64,000 nt of DNA, taken from IMG/VR virus record IMGVR_UViG_3300033463_000024; one strand, written 5' to 3'. The DNA comes from a virus (lineage: Duplodnaviria; Heunggongvirae; Uroviricota; Caudoviricetes). How positions within the stretch are numbered: the stretch's first letter is position 1; each line of letters begins with the position of its first letter. The notes beneath the pieces were generated by a model. It had not been told where the DNA came from and did no database searches. It was given only the letters and a program-made list of their open reading frames with translations. Shown here in pieces: positions 28,537-37,841 of this stretch. A program made the position numbers and the translations under genes.

Positions 28537-29202
28537 TTACATTCCCATTATTGCCGTTTCATCCATTTCTTCCACACCTAAGTAATTATGTACCGACGGT
28601 TCACTCACTATGCGGCATGGCGCCCCTATCCACCTAATCATTCGTGCCTGTTCTTGTAATGATGTCTCATTGTAGTAATGCAGATTCAGTAAAATCTTGC
28701 TACGAAGGATCCACCGGTCAAGCTCGTTGCTATCCCAGCAGTTGGTAAGAATCTTGACATTGTGCCTTTTGCTCAATTCGTCCAATATTTTCTTCCGGTG
28801 GTCGTTCATGGACCCATAGAACAATATGTCGATATCCTTCTTGGCTTCCTTAGGCCACACCTTATACGGTTTGAGCACATGGAGCTTCACATCAGGGCGA
28901 ATCAGCTTCAATACCCTGATATTCTCCTCATCATAGTCCCACACTTCATCGGCTTGCGTAAGCCATGCGAAGTACCCAACGTGCATGAAATTGCGCTGCT
29001 TGGCGAGCAACGGTTCCTGGTTGAACACGATTACCTTACCATCTTTTCTCTTATATTCGCCAAGGGCATGAGCATGTGATAAATCATGGGCTCCACATAT
29101 GATGACATCGTTTGACCGGTCATCACGGAATTCATGCTTCAAAGAATCTATGGTATCGTTAAATGCGGGATGTGATTGTACAAACTGCATGGCTATGCCC
29201 AC
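28537..29202 (-). CDS. putative glycosyltransferase, GT-B/GT1-like C-terminal half (LFYGS...R..L ... LH.Y.E)
   Basis: motif resemblance only. Confidence 0.4.
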   Translation of the reverse strand: MGIAMQFVQSHPAFNDTIDSLKHEFRDDRSNDVIICGAHDLSHAHALGEYKRKDGKVIVFNQEPLLAKQRNFMHVGYFAWLTQADEVWDYDEENIRVLKLIRPDVKLHVLKPYKVWPKEAKKDIDILFYGSMNDHRKKILDELSKRHNVKILTNCWDSNELDRWILRSKILLNLHYYNETSLQEQARMIRWIGAPCRIVSEPSVHNYLGVEEMDETAIMGM

Positions 29203-29235
29203 CCAAAGCGTTTTTCTTGTGTGCCGGTCATATAC

Positions 29236-29270
29236 AAAAACTACCGGGATTTGTTTCCCGGTAGTTTATA
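29236..29270 (-). terminator. rho-independent terminator AAACTACCGGGA-loop-TCCCGGTAGTTT; shares CCGGTAGTTTATAAT with the hairpin at 31274..31310
   Basis: 12-bp stem with a U-rich tail on the minus transcript. Confidence 0.65.
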
Positions 29271-29291
29271 ATATTATAGGACTAGGAACGA

Positions 29292-31247
29292 CTAGTAATC
29301 GCTGTCCCAGCGGTTCGACCGGTTTTCCATCCTGCGGTCTGAATATTCATTGTAGTCCTGCAATTCCGGATCATCCGGATTTGCACGCCGCCTATAATAG
29401 AAATCATCGGCATCCGGATCCACATAAGCTTCAGAATCCTCATACATATAGGTAGTATATTCATACACCGTTTGATCGATACCATCCGGTCCCTCAACAT
29501 CACGATTGACTAGTCTACAGCCGAGATTGGTCATAACGGCATCAATCATTTTACTGTCTACATTATCCGGCCCAGTTTCATTAGATGAAAGCACCCGGGT
29601 AAAGGTGAAGCAGTCTCCCATTCGATTAGTAGTATCACCGTATCTGTTACGGGCGTAATCTTCGCCAAACGAAACCTTCCAACCCATGTGGTCAGCAAGT
29701 TTTTCAACCTTATCGACTATTTCTTGCGGAATTTTAGGGCGGTTAAAGGAAACACCTTGGGTTGTACGATCCCAGCGAGCCTTTCGATTAGCCTTACGGT
29801 CAGCTGGGTTCATATTCCATTCCGGGTCATTATCTAGCGATTCGCCAGCATGTTGAACCCGCAACTTGGCCTGGTATACGAACACGCCGTTATTCTTAGT
29901 ATCCTTGGCGGCAATAAATTCCTTAGGAGACGAATAAATAACAACCCACCCCTTGTCGGAAGAATGATATCCCTTCTGCTCGCGCATAGCCCTAGTGGCT
30001 TCTGCAGCACTCATGCAACGGTAATAGTCATAATCATTACTTACCAAACGAATATTCTTTTTATCAACAACATCCTTGGTAATTTCCGAAATAGGCATAT
30101 TCTTGATAGTGCAGTTGCCTTCAACCAACGTATAGTAGTTGCTTTCCGCACGAGGCAACTCGCCAGTACGGTAAGCAAATGCTTCACAAAGGGCAGCAAA
30201 ACCCTGCTGGAGTGGACGGAGGGCATCCCGGCACCCGAACTGGTTACATACGGATTCGAGGAATGCGTTGAATTTTACTTGTTTGCTAGACATCAGGTGT
30301 CTCCCATAATTACTTTCAAAGCAGTTTATAGTATTTTCATTTTCCGGAATCGTCGCGCCCAGCTTATCATTGAGTTCCCTGTATCTCGCCTTAATTTCCT
30401 CAACCGCTTCCGGGGGCATATATTCCGCATACAGTCGATCATGCTTCTTGGCACCGATCTCGATGAATTCCTTGACCAGAGAATCATATTCATCCGATGG
30501 AATGGAGGATACTTCCACCGCAGGCTCGCCAAAATTCGGCTTGCTCTCCTTGATTATCTTGACCAGGTTGCCAATGGTGTCATTGAGGGCACTGCGGGCA
30601 ATCAAGGCCTCCTTCATCTGCTCATAAGGAATTTCTTCATAATTTCCGCCTGACCTGGTAAACATTTCCGTAATCGACTTGGTCAAATTGCCCCGTTTTG
30701 GCATTATCTCCTGCAATTTAGCCATTGCATCCTGGGACTTCCTGGCAGAAACCTGCGCATTCATCATAGCGTTCCGCAGGTCTTCCTTGTGGGCTCGGTA
30801 TTCAGCTTCGGTCTTGCCTTCCATGATGTACGAAATTGGCATCATCTCTTCAAGCTGCTGTTTCTGCTGGGCACCGATGTACTCCCGGTACGTGGTCAAA
30901 ATCTGGGGCTGCAGGTACTTGGTCGGCGGGAACGGGGCATCTGCCGTAATCACCTTGGCAGCACCCAGGCTGCCCAGATTCGGGTCGTAAGCGTAAGCGA
31001 CATATCTCACGTAGCCGTTGGCCTTCATTTCATATCCAAGAACCGCAATCTTGCACCGCTGCGGATTCCTCACCACCGACCGTATGATATCCTTGGCGCA
31101 TTCATGGTCCCGCCGGCACCGGTCGCCACGGCTGCTGTAACGAGAACGGAAATTCAGTGCATGGTCACTGAGATTGCGGGAGTTCAGTCCGTTAAATATC
31201 ATTTTCGCAACCAGCGGGATGTACTTCTTCTCAAGTGTGTCAATCAT
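29292..31247 (-). CDS. large multidomain protein (651 aa), possibly a polyvalent/injected-type protein; shares a Cys-containing domain with the HExxH protein
   Basis: long ORF bracketed by two related hairpins; AGGAAA SD. Confidence 0.55.
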   Translation of the reverse strand: MIDTLEKKYIPLVAKMIFNGLNSRNLSDHALNFRSRYSSRGDRCRRDHECAKDIIRSVVRNPQRCKIAVLGYEMKANGYVRYVAYAYDPNLGSLGAAKVITADAPFPPTKYLQPQILTTYREYIGAQQKQQLEEMMPISYIMEGKTEAEYRAHKEDLRNAMMNAQVSARKSQDAMAKLQEIMPKRGNLTKSITEMFTRSGGNYEEIPYEQMKEALIARSALNDTIGNLVKIIKESKPNFGEPAVEVSSIPSDEYDSLVKEFIEIGAKKHDRLYAEYMPPEAVEEIKARYRELNDKLGATIPENENTINCFESNYGRHLMSSKQVKFNAFLESVCNQFGCRDALRPLQQGFAALCEAFAYRTGELPRAESNYYTLVEGNCTIKNMPISEITKDVVDKKNIRLVSNDYDYYRCMSAAEATRAMREQKGYHSSDKGWVVIYSSPKEFIAAKDTKNNGVFVYQAKLRVQHAGESLDNDPEWNMNPADRKANRKARWDRTTQGVSFNRPKIPQEIVDKVEKLADHMGWKVSFGEDYARNRYGDTTNRMGDCFTFTRVLSSNETGPDNVDSKMIDAVMTNLGCRLVNRDVEGPDGIDQTVYEYTTYMYEDSEAYVDPDADDFYYRRRANPDDPELQDYNEYSDRRMENRSNRWDSDY

Positions 31248-31273
31248 CGTCGATTTCCTATTTAGTGGCCATA

Positions 31274-31310
31274 TAAAAACTGCCGGCGGTAATCACCGGT
31301 AGTTTATAAT
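31274..31310 (-). terminator. hairpin AAACTGCCGG...CCGGTAGTTT with the conserved CCGGTAGTTTATAAT
   Basis: imperfect 8-10 bp stem. Confidence 0.45.
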
Positions 31311-31330
31311 TCAAGCGACCGCAGCCGCGC

Positions 31331-31549
31331 TTAAACGTCTTTATGCTTCTTCCTTTGGCGCCTCTGCGCCCTGTTGCCCTTCCCGCCCCGCCAACCTTCA
31401 ATCAATAGATCGCGAGCCTCCGATACTGAAATATGCCGCTGGATGGTCAGGGCCATTACAAGGTCAAACGGGATACGGGAACCGTCCGGGTATGTGTATG
31501 GGGTATCATCCCGGAACAAAGACGGAAACTGTCGTGGAAACAAAGTCAT
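31331..31549 (-). CDS. hypothetical basic protein (72 aa)
   Basis: GGAGGG SD before ATG 31549. Confidence 0.4.
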   Translation of the reverse strand: MTLFPRQFPSLFRDDTPYTYPDGSRIPFDLVMALTIQRHISVSEARDLLIEGWRGGKGNRAQRRQRKKHKDV

Positions 31550-31560
31550 GTCAACCCTCC

Positions 31561-31968
31561 TTAAATCATCCTTCCCCATTGGGGTGTATTCATCCATTCA
31601 TCGCCAGTCGGCAAGTCGCCGATGAAGTCCTTAGCCTTGCCGAAGTTGATGATGTGCATAGAATCAGTAGCCTCCGTGAAGATGATGGCGCTCATTTCAG
31701 AACCGCTTAATGAATACTGGTTCAATGTGACCCTGGTATTCGTAGGATTCAGCAAATATTCCCCTGGAGAGTCGGACATAACCGTAAGGATTCCAGTTGG
31801 CGGAATCAGCAACAGCGATATGAGGTCCGGAGTCATGATAATCCAGTGCGGAGGGCATTCCGAGACATATGTGAGAATGTAGTTCACAAGGTCAGCGACC
31901 TTATCCTTGATATCATGGTATTTCTTGTCCGGATTGAGCTTAAAGGTTTCAATCGAATTCACCTGCAT
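31561..31968 (-). CDS. hypothetical protein (135 aa)
   Basis: ORF. Confidence 0.5.
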   Translation of the reverse strand: MQVNSIETFKLNPDKKYHDIKDKVADLVNYILTYVSECPPHWIIMTPDLISLLLIPPTGILTVMSDSPGEYLLNPTNTRVTLNQYSLSGSEMSAIIFTEATDSMHIINFGKAKDFIGDLPTGDEWMNTPQWGRMI

Positions 31969-31978
31969 GTTGTTTCTC

Positions 31979-32191
31979 CTATGCTAAATGGTCCATTTCA
32001 GACCGTTCTGTTTTCAGTATCTGTTCACGCTTATACCGGTCGAGCGCATGGTGGTAATCCTTCTTGTTCAGGATGTACCCGTACGACCGCTTGCCGGTCT
32101 TGGCAAAATATAGAAATCCCCACCAGAAATGCTGCGCCATTCTAATCCACCACAGGCATCCCCAGATATTCTTCCCGGTACCGCTTTTCAT
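31979..32191 (-). CDS. hypothetical Trp-rich small protein (70 aa or shorter)
   Basis: ORF; start uncertain. Confidence 0.3.
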   Translation of the reverse strand: MKSGTGKNIWGCLWWIRMAQHFWWGFLYFAKTGKRSYGYILNKKDYHHALDRYKREQILKTERSEMDHLA

Positions 32192-32312
32192 CGAGCTTGG
32201 ATATCTTCAGGCGCTCATATTCCGGGTAGGAAATCACATGGAGTTGTTCCTTCTGTTTCTGCTCTTCAAGGACCCGTTTCCATTTCTCTACCGTTTCAGG
32301 TATTTTCATCAT
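32142..32312 (-). CDS. hypothetical small basic protein (~56 aa)
   Basis: GGAGAA SD. Confidence 0.35.
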   Translation of the reverse strand: MMKIPETVEKWKRVLEEQKQKEQLHVISYPEYERLKISKLDEKRYREEYLGMPVVD

Positions 32313-32541
32313 TCTTCTCCATTGATACATTCAGTTTCACATTGTGGATCGTTATCGGCTCCCGTTTCGGGTGTAGCTTCACCTCCACCTCACAGTGGCC
32401 CGGTGTACGCTCGACCTTAACGATTTCCACGGTAGCATCTATGCACTCCGGATGCACTGCAAGGAATTCCATTCGGGCATTACGCACATGTTCTTCAATG
32501 GCATCCATTATAGCAGTATCCGGTACATTATCCAACAACAT
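32296..32541 (-). CDS. hypothetical protein (81 aa)
   Basis: ORF. Confidence 0.4.
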   Translation of the reverse strand: MLLDNVPDTAIMDAIEEHVRNARMEFLAVHPECIDATVEIVKVERTPGHCEVEVKLHPKREPITIHNVKLNVSMEKNDENT

Positions 32542-32605
32542 CTTTTACCTCTGGTCTAAGCTCCGGGCGAAGTTTATCGCCGAATCCTTAGCCACCGGTT
32601 GCCCG

Positions 32606-33199
32606 TTATGGAGGTATCGCAATGCCTTCCTTAGTGGATAATGGGCGGACTCTGGCCTTTTCTTCGGTAACTTTCTTCCATTCTTCCCGGCAGGCCTTAT
32701 CAACCAATTCATTAAGCCGCTTTTTGTATGCGGCCCACTTGGGTTCAAGCATCTTATTGTCCCGAATGACGCTGTAATACATGTCCGCAAAAGTAGGCTC
32801 GGCAAACAACGGGGGCATCAGGCGCTTGCTCAAAGGAAGGTCATGTTCTTCAATACGCATAGCAACAAGACCGGCCTTCCAGTCATCGTACGCCTTGGAA
32901 GATTGTTTTACCTTCTCCCACCGGTCCCTGGCAATCACATCCAAGTGAGCGGCAAACTTGGCGGAGTCGCATATATCTTCCAGCTTCCAGTCACTCACTT
33001 CCTTGGCAATGTAACTGGCCGGAATCGGATCCTTTTCATGCGCATCCAGCCATTCCGCCTCGGCCTCGTAGTCATATGCGGAACGGAAATGGCCTATGCA
33101 GAACTTGAATCCACCCGGATATTTCTTGTAAAGGGCGTAGCAAATGTCGCCCGCCCGCAGGACGTTATCATCAAACTTCTCTACAAATATCTTGCTCAT
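32606..33199 (-). CDS. hypothetical protein (197 aa)
   Basis: ORF. Confidence 0.5.
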   Translation of the reverse strand: MSKIFVEKFDDNVLRAGDICYALYKKYPGGFKFCIGHFRSAYDYEAEAEWLDAHEKDPIPASYIAKEVSDWKLEDICDSAKFAAHLDVIARDRWEKVKQSSKAYDDWKAGLVAMRIEEHDLPLSKRLMPPLFAEPTFADMYYSVIRDNKMLEPKWAAYKKRLNELVDKACREEWKKVTEEKARVRPLSTKEGIAIPP

Positions 33200-33208
33200 G
33201 TATTCCTC

Positions 33209-33715
33209 CTATATATTCGCAATGTGCTGAATAAGGTCATACTTCATGGCTCTCAGCAGTATATTGAACACATCGTCCTTCTCGAATCTACCAAACGGGT
33301 CCATGGACAAATCCTCGCTCGTATGACAATATGATTCCATCTTTTCCGGCATTATCTTCTGGACAATAGCTTTCAACTTCTCAGCACGTTCTTGCGTTGT
33401 CTCAGCATGATTCGAAATCGTATCGCTTACGTTCATCAGTTCGCATATCAACGCATTCTGCTTATCGTTCAGCATCGTTACATGCGTTGTCGCTTCTAGC
33501 AATGTTTGCCGCAGAGTCCCGGGCCCATTCGTGCTACACACAGCTTCCAGTGCTTCAAGACTAATCTTGAAAGGAATTCCGTTCCTATAATAGGTAACAA
33601 CGTATGACATGTCATTGTTATTGAGCGCAATAGACAACTTTCCGCCTATCTCATCAACAACCGACTTAAGTTCTGCAAGGAAATCGTTTTCGTTGAATTC
33701 CGTTTTCTGTGTCAT
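33209..33715 (-). CDS. hypothetical protein (168 aa)
   Basis: ORF. Confidence 0.5.
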   Translation of the reverse strand: MTQKTEFNENDFLAELKSVVDEIGGKLSIALNNNDMSYVVTYYRNGIPFKISLEALEAVCSTNGPGTLRQTLLEATTHVTMLNDKQNALICELMNVSDTISNHAETTQERAEKLKAIVQKIMPEKMESYCHTSEDLSMDPFGRFEKDDVFNILLRAMKYDLIQHIANI

Positions 33716-33996
33716 CCTTCGAATCCTGTCTCGTTAATTTGGATAATGGTATCTATCTGCCCAATGAACATCCTGTCTTCATCCGTGAAATTCCACCAGC
33801 CGCGACCGGTCATATGTTTTCTATTTGCGGTCATCTTTGTCTTTGCTGCCCCGAGAGTGGCAAAGTGGGTAGCCTGGGAAATATCGGTTTCCCAACAGCC
33901 GTGGCCCTTTCCTCCCCAGTAATGTATTTCCGGGTCGTTGCGGCCAGGGGCAGGAATCCAGCAGAGCACCCATGTTTTCAATGGAACTTCAATCAT
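33712..33996 (-). CDS. hypothetical protein (94 aa)
   Basis: GGAGGG SD; ATGA overlap with the upstream gene. Confidence 0.45.
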   Translation of the reverse strand: MIEVPLKTWVLCWIPAPGRNDPEIHYWGGKGHGCWETDISQATHFATLGAAKTKMTANRKHMTGRGWWNFTDEDRMFIGQIDTIIQINETGFEG

Positions 33997-34223
33997 CTGT
34001 CCCTCCATACGACGGTAACCGATTTTGGTACCGAACAGTCCCTCCACCTGGTTTCCAAAAGCCGAATGGCCTCATCCATGTTGCCAAACGATTCGGGCGT
34101 CCAACTCTCGTAATACGTTGTCCATACATAGTGCCACCACAGGAACCACACCTGGGGGTAAAAGGTGCCGGTTTCCCGCTTGATGACCCGCTTGGGCAGT
34201 TTTCTCATTAGTCTATTCCACAT
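33993..34223 (-). CDS. hypothetical Trp-rich protein (76 aa)
   Basis: ORF. Confidence 0.4.
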   Translation of the reverse strand: MWNRLMRKLPKRVIKRETGTFYPQVWFLWWHYVWTTYYESWTPESFGNMDEAIRLLETRWRDCSVPKSVTVVWRDR

Positions 34224-34225
34224 GA

Positions 34226-34420
34226 TTACCTCATTAGCATGCCGATGCTATCGCACGGCCCCATTTCAATCCATTCAACTCGCCGTTTGCCATGCCGGGT
34301 CACTATCCTGGCCTTGTACTTGACCGCATAGCAATGGGAATACCCGAATTCCGGGTGGTTTTCGCTCCTGTACTCAATCCTGTACATCAGAACCCCGTTG
34401 TTGCCGTAACTGACCAGCAT
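34226..34420 (-). CDS. hypothetical small protein (64 aa)
   Basis: ORF; 34-nt overlap with the upstream gene. Confidence 0.3.
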   Translation of the reverse strand: MLVSYGNNGVLMYRIEYRSENHPEFGYSHCYAVKYKARIVTRHGKRRVEWIEMGPCDSIGMLMR

Positions 34421-34728
34421 CTAGGAATATACTCGAATGCCCCTAGTTCAATGAGGACATGCTGAGTCTTGTCACTCTGATTGATAATGACAATATTCTG
34501 ACGCTCTTCGTGCACAGTGTATTCCTGCTCACCGAAACTTAGCTCGTATGCAGCCGGAACCTCACCCTGTTCGATATCCCAGTCGGATGCCCACAGTATC
34601 TTCGTGTTCCCCCTGGCACGGACATTGGCATAAATATCATCACCATTATGGAAATGGTTTCTGATTATCTGCACCTTATTCGGTTCAACATCAAATGAAA
34701 AGCTATTTATCGGGCCAAGCCTATACAT
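34387..34728 (-). CDS. hypothetical protein (113 aa)
   Basis: ORF. Confidence 0.45.
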   Translation of the reverse strand: MYRLGPINSFSFDVEPNKVQIIRNHFHNGDDIYANVRARGNTKILWASDWDIEQGEVPAAYELSFGEQEYTVHEERQNIVIINQSDKTQHVLIELGAFEYIPRCWSVTATTGF

Positions 34729-34733
34729 AAATC

Positions 34734-35105
34734 CTACTTCCGATAAAGGTCGGCAATGTTTTGAACGAGGGTATAATCAATGATAATCTTGCCATTGTGG
34801 AAGGTTGCCGTTGCAAGATAGTAAGTCTTCACAGTCTTCGGCGCCTCCTTCATTGCAGCAAGGGTAAGTTCCCCCTTGAGCTTCTGATACAGAAGGGTGG
34901 ATGTCCCCGACAGGATAGACGGTTCTCCATTTTCAATTCGGTCCAGTGTACTGATGAGACTGGTATCGACAATAAACGAATTGTTGTTTATGCACACTAC
35001 TTCCGTATAGGGGTTATAGTGCTTATAGTCCCAATACGTCATGAACAGTGCCGCGCCTATTATCAATACGACGATTGCAATTGGAATGATCGCGCATAAA
35101 GACAT
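34734..35105 (-). CDS. membrane-anchored protein (N-terminal TM helix; 123 aa)
   Basis: GGAGG SD; promoter box upstream. Confidence 0.55.
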   Translation of the reverse strand: MSLCAIIPIAIVVLIIGAALFMTYWDYKHYNPYTEVVCINNNSFIVDTSLISTLDRIENGEPSILSGTSTLLYQKLKGELTLAAMKEAPKTVKTYYLATATFHNGKIIIDYTLVQNIADLYRK

Positions 35106-35128
35106 ATAACATTTTCCTCCGCTTATTC

Positions 35129-35176
35129 CAAAACTAGCATTTTGTTGCCACTATTGCAACGGTTTGCTACATTTTA
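35129..35176. promoter_or_regulatory. divergent promoter pair around the palindrome GTTGCCACTATTGCAAC: minus AAAATGCTAGTTTTG and plus TTTGCTACATTTTA
   Basis: two consensus copies; the plus ATG at 35180 is 4 nt after its box. Confidence 0.65.
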
Positions 35177-35179
35177 TGC

Positions 35180-35779
35180 ATGGAAAATGCATCTACACCG
35201 CCACTATTCAATATCGACCGCCAGGAAATGGAAACGCTCCTTGATAAATTTAAGGAACGAAAGAAAACTGACCGTGATGAAAAGATCAAGTCGTGTATTA
35301 GCCGTCTTGAAAAGGCCGAACAAGCTATTGCGGCAACCCAGGAAAGCTTGCGTACGCTATTCGCACTTCATACGCAACTGGATTTAGCTGATCGCATTTC
35401 ATTCAACAACCCGACATCGCTATATTTCACCTCCCGTAACGGAGAGCAGTGCGTACAGAACCGAATGCAGCAGCCAAATTTAATCATTACGGAGAATTGC
35501 AAGCTAGGTGCAATGTGTGTCGTCGAAGGACATGCGGATACAGGCAAGCATGCCATATTCTTCGACTCGCACACCCTTCGCCAAGAAATTGAGAAAAACG
35601 GGATTTACGGTAATGAGATGCTAATTATGCCTTTGCGCTTATCTTGCGAAAATTACAAATATGTTCTTGGCAACGGCCTCAAATATGGAGGACTTATCGA
35701 TCTACTCGAAATCATGGTTAACGAACTCCCGATCTACACGAAAGCATTTGTTGATTATATCAAAGACAAAGGAAAATAA
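35180..35779 (+). CDS. hypothetical protein (199 aa)
   Basis: directly downstream of a consensus promoter. Confidence 0.55.
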   Translation: MENASTPPLFNIDRQEMETLLDKFKERKKTDRDEKIKSCISRLEKAEQAIAATQESLRTLFALHTQLDLADRISFNNPTSLYFTSRNGEQCVQNRMQQPNLIITENCKLGAMCVVEGHADTGKHAIFFDSHTLRQEIEKNGIYGNEMLIMPLRLSCENYKYVLGNGLKYGGLIDLLEIMVNELPIYTKAFVDYIKDKGK

Positions 35780-36069
35780 TGGAAAGACCGGACGTAAAAT
35801 ACATCATCGTGAATGACTACAGGGACCAGGCCGTACAGAACTGGACCTTTGCCGACAGGAAGCGCATTGTCTATTGCAACAGTGCCGAATAGGCAATGAA
35901 GTTCGCTGGCAAGGCTGGCGCCAAGCGCACCATGGACTACCTGAAGAAGAACTTCCCCGGCCAGGACCTCAGTATCGTAGAAGCAACATTCTACAACGAC
36001 GTTACGTTCAAGGAGGCCAAATGCTAGCATTTTTCACATTTGTGGGAAAGATTTGAAAGGAGAACTCAA

Positions 36070-36717
36070 ATGAACCTGAAAGAACTCTCAAAGGAAATCT
36101 CCTACGCGCTGCGCCATGCACCGTGGGAATACGAACTGGAACTGGATGAGGAAGGCTTCGTCCCCATCGAACAGCTCCTCCATGCCCTCAATGAGAACAA
36201 GGATTATGACCGCCCGGTCACCAAGGAAGACCTGGAAGAAATCATCCGCACTTCCGACAAGAAGCGTCATGAAATCGTAGGGGACCGCATCCGCGCCCTC
36301 TATGGCCACAGCGTCCCCCAGACCATCAAGAAGGAAGCCGGGACCCCTCCTGACATCCTGTACCACGGCACCAACGAGTTCTGCGTGGAGGCAATCGCCA
36401 AGGACGGCATCCTGCCCATGGCCCGCCAGTATGTCCATATGTCCACCGATACCCAGATGGCGGAAACGGTGGCCAAGAGGCGCAAGGGGCGCACGCTCAT
36501 CATGCGGATTAACGCCAAGCAGGCAATGGCCGACGGCATCGAGTTCTTCGTGGGCAACGACAGGGTGTGGCTGGCAAAGCGCATCCCGCCCCAGTACATT
36601 TCGGTCCTCATGTTCTACAAAGCCAACAACCCCGCCAAAGGTGTTCCGGTACCCTTAGCCGAATTCATGAAACAAGTGAACTACTGCAAGGAACAAACCC
36701 ATGATAATAGTGTTTAG
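36070..36717 (+). CDS. kptA: RNA 2'-phosphotransferase Tpt1/KptA (NAD+-dependent)
   Basis: N-terminal LSKEISYALRHAPWEYELELDEEGFVPIEQLL and the LYHGT motif match the Tpt1/KptA family; AAAGGAG SD before ATG 36070. Confidence 0.8.
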   Translation: MNLKELSKEISYALRHAPWEYELELDEEGFVPIEQLLHALNENKDYDRPVTKEDLEEIIRTSDKKRHEIVGDRIRALYGHSVPQTIKKEAGTPPDILYHGTNEFCVEAIAKDGILPMARQYVHMSTDTQMAETVAKRRKGRTLIMRINAKQAMADGIEFFVGNDRVWLAKRIPPQYISVLMFYKANNPAKGVPVPLAEFMKQVNYCKEQTHDNSV

Positions 36718-36922
36718 GACGAATGTCGGCACTGCCGCCTATGACAGCGACACTATAATGAAGATTGAATATAACAGGGCAACTGTCGTAGCAAGCATTA
36801 CCTATGCGGCACACAATAAACTAGAACCCAATGTTCTAACCGCCCAACACTATCTCAAATCCGCCAAGGAATTTGACGAGATTCTCAACCAGTGGAAGAA
36901 ATCGAAGGAGACGCCCAAATGA
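36701..36922 (+). CDS. hypothetical protein (73 aa)
   Basis: AAGGA SD; overlaps the kptA stop. Confidence 0.45.
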   Translation: MIIVFRTNVGTAAYDSDTIMKIEYNRATVVASITYAAHNKLEPNVLTAQHYLKSAKEFDEILNQWKKSKETPK

Positions 36923-37422
36923 TGCAGAATATACTTGACTCGGTGGAAAGCTTGGTCATGTTCAAGGCGAAACCCACCCCGGAACAGCAGGTCAAGGAAC
37001 TCGACGAGCAGATCGAGGACCTGAAAAAGAAGCGTCAGCTCGTTATTGACGGGGTGGACAAGAAGTACGTGAACGAGATGCTCTCCCGCATCATGAACCA
37101 ATGGGTCATTGTGGGCGGATGGAACGATGATGACGAGTGTCCGTTCCACGGGCAGCATTACACCATCTACAAGGTCGTGAAGGCCTTGCAGTGGGAAGGC
37201 GGGAACAGCTTCCGTATCATCGCGAAGCACATGATGTACCTGTCCGCCGAAGGATACCTGAACGGTGGCATCTATGAGGTGGATATCAACCGCCGGGTCA
37301 AGGACATCGGGAACCTTGCCGTCATTTCCGCGGAAAAAGCAGCAAGCATTATCAAGAATGCTCGCAAGACAGTGAACAAGCGCCTTGACAGGGCATTGAA
37401 TGAAGCACAGGGGAATATCTAA
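36919..37422 (+). CDS. hypothetical coiled-coil protein (167 aa), paralog of 13574..14059
   Basis: GAAGGAG SD; ATGA overlap. Confidence 0.5.
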   Translation: MMQNILDSVESLVMFKAKPTPEQQVKELDEQIEDLKKKRQLVIDGVDKKYVNEMLSRIMNQWVIVGGWNDDDECPFHGQHYTIYKVVKALQWEGGNSFRIIAKHMMYLSAEGYLNGGIYEVDINRRVKDIGNLAVISAEKAASIIKNARKTVNKRLDRALNEAQGNI

Positions 37423-37832
37423 TGAAGCCGTACAATGAACGTGTTGTGGAAATGAATCATGACCAGGATGGGAATCCATGCACTAGCGCGGCACGTATCC
37501 AACGCTGGATTAACGAGCGCTTGGACTACAAGGACTACACCAATACACTGTTCTCGGTCCTCGTGCTCGATCCATCCTATGAGAAACAGGTGATAGAACT
37601 CATCGAACGCAACTATCCGCACTATACCTACTGCGATACCAAGCTCGGATGCTGGTGTCTCAACGACGACTGGTACGAGTTCTACGCGGACGCAATTACG
37701 GAATGGGACGGGGTCTACCCGGTCAACTGGAACATCGCCGACGTGGTGTTCCTCGAAGAACTGTACCTCAGGCGCAAGATATACATCGATGCCGCTTGGG
37801 TCACCGAGAACGGCCTGAAACCTGTCCACTAA
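37422..37832 (+). CDS. hypothetical protein (136 aa)
   Basis: TAATG overlap. Confidence 0.5.
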   Translation: MKPYNERVVEMNHDQDGNPCTSAARIQRWINERLDYKDYTNTLFSVLVLDPSYEKQVIELIERNYPHYTYCDTKLGCWCLNDDWYEFYADAITEWDGVYPVNWNIADVVFLEELYLRRKIYIDAAWVTENGLKPVH

Positions 37833-37841
37833 GGAGATCCT

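Noticed and set aside
32545-32805. 86-aa minus ORF
   Set aside because: Overlaps the C-terminus of the better 32606..33199 gene in another frame and is R/P-rich.
36018-36050. Promoter-like AATGCTAGCATTTTTCACATTTGTGG upstream of kptA
   Set aside because: It resembles the consensus box only partly (CACATTTG versus TACATTTG) and lacks a GTTGCC element, so I left it as uncertain rather than a called promoter.
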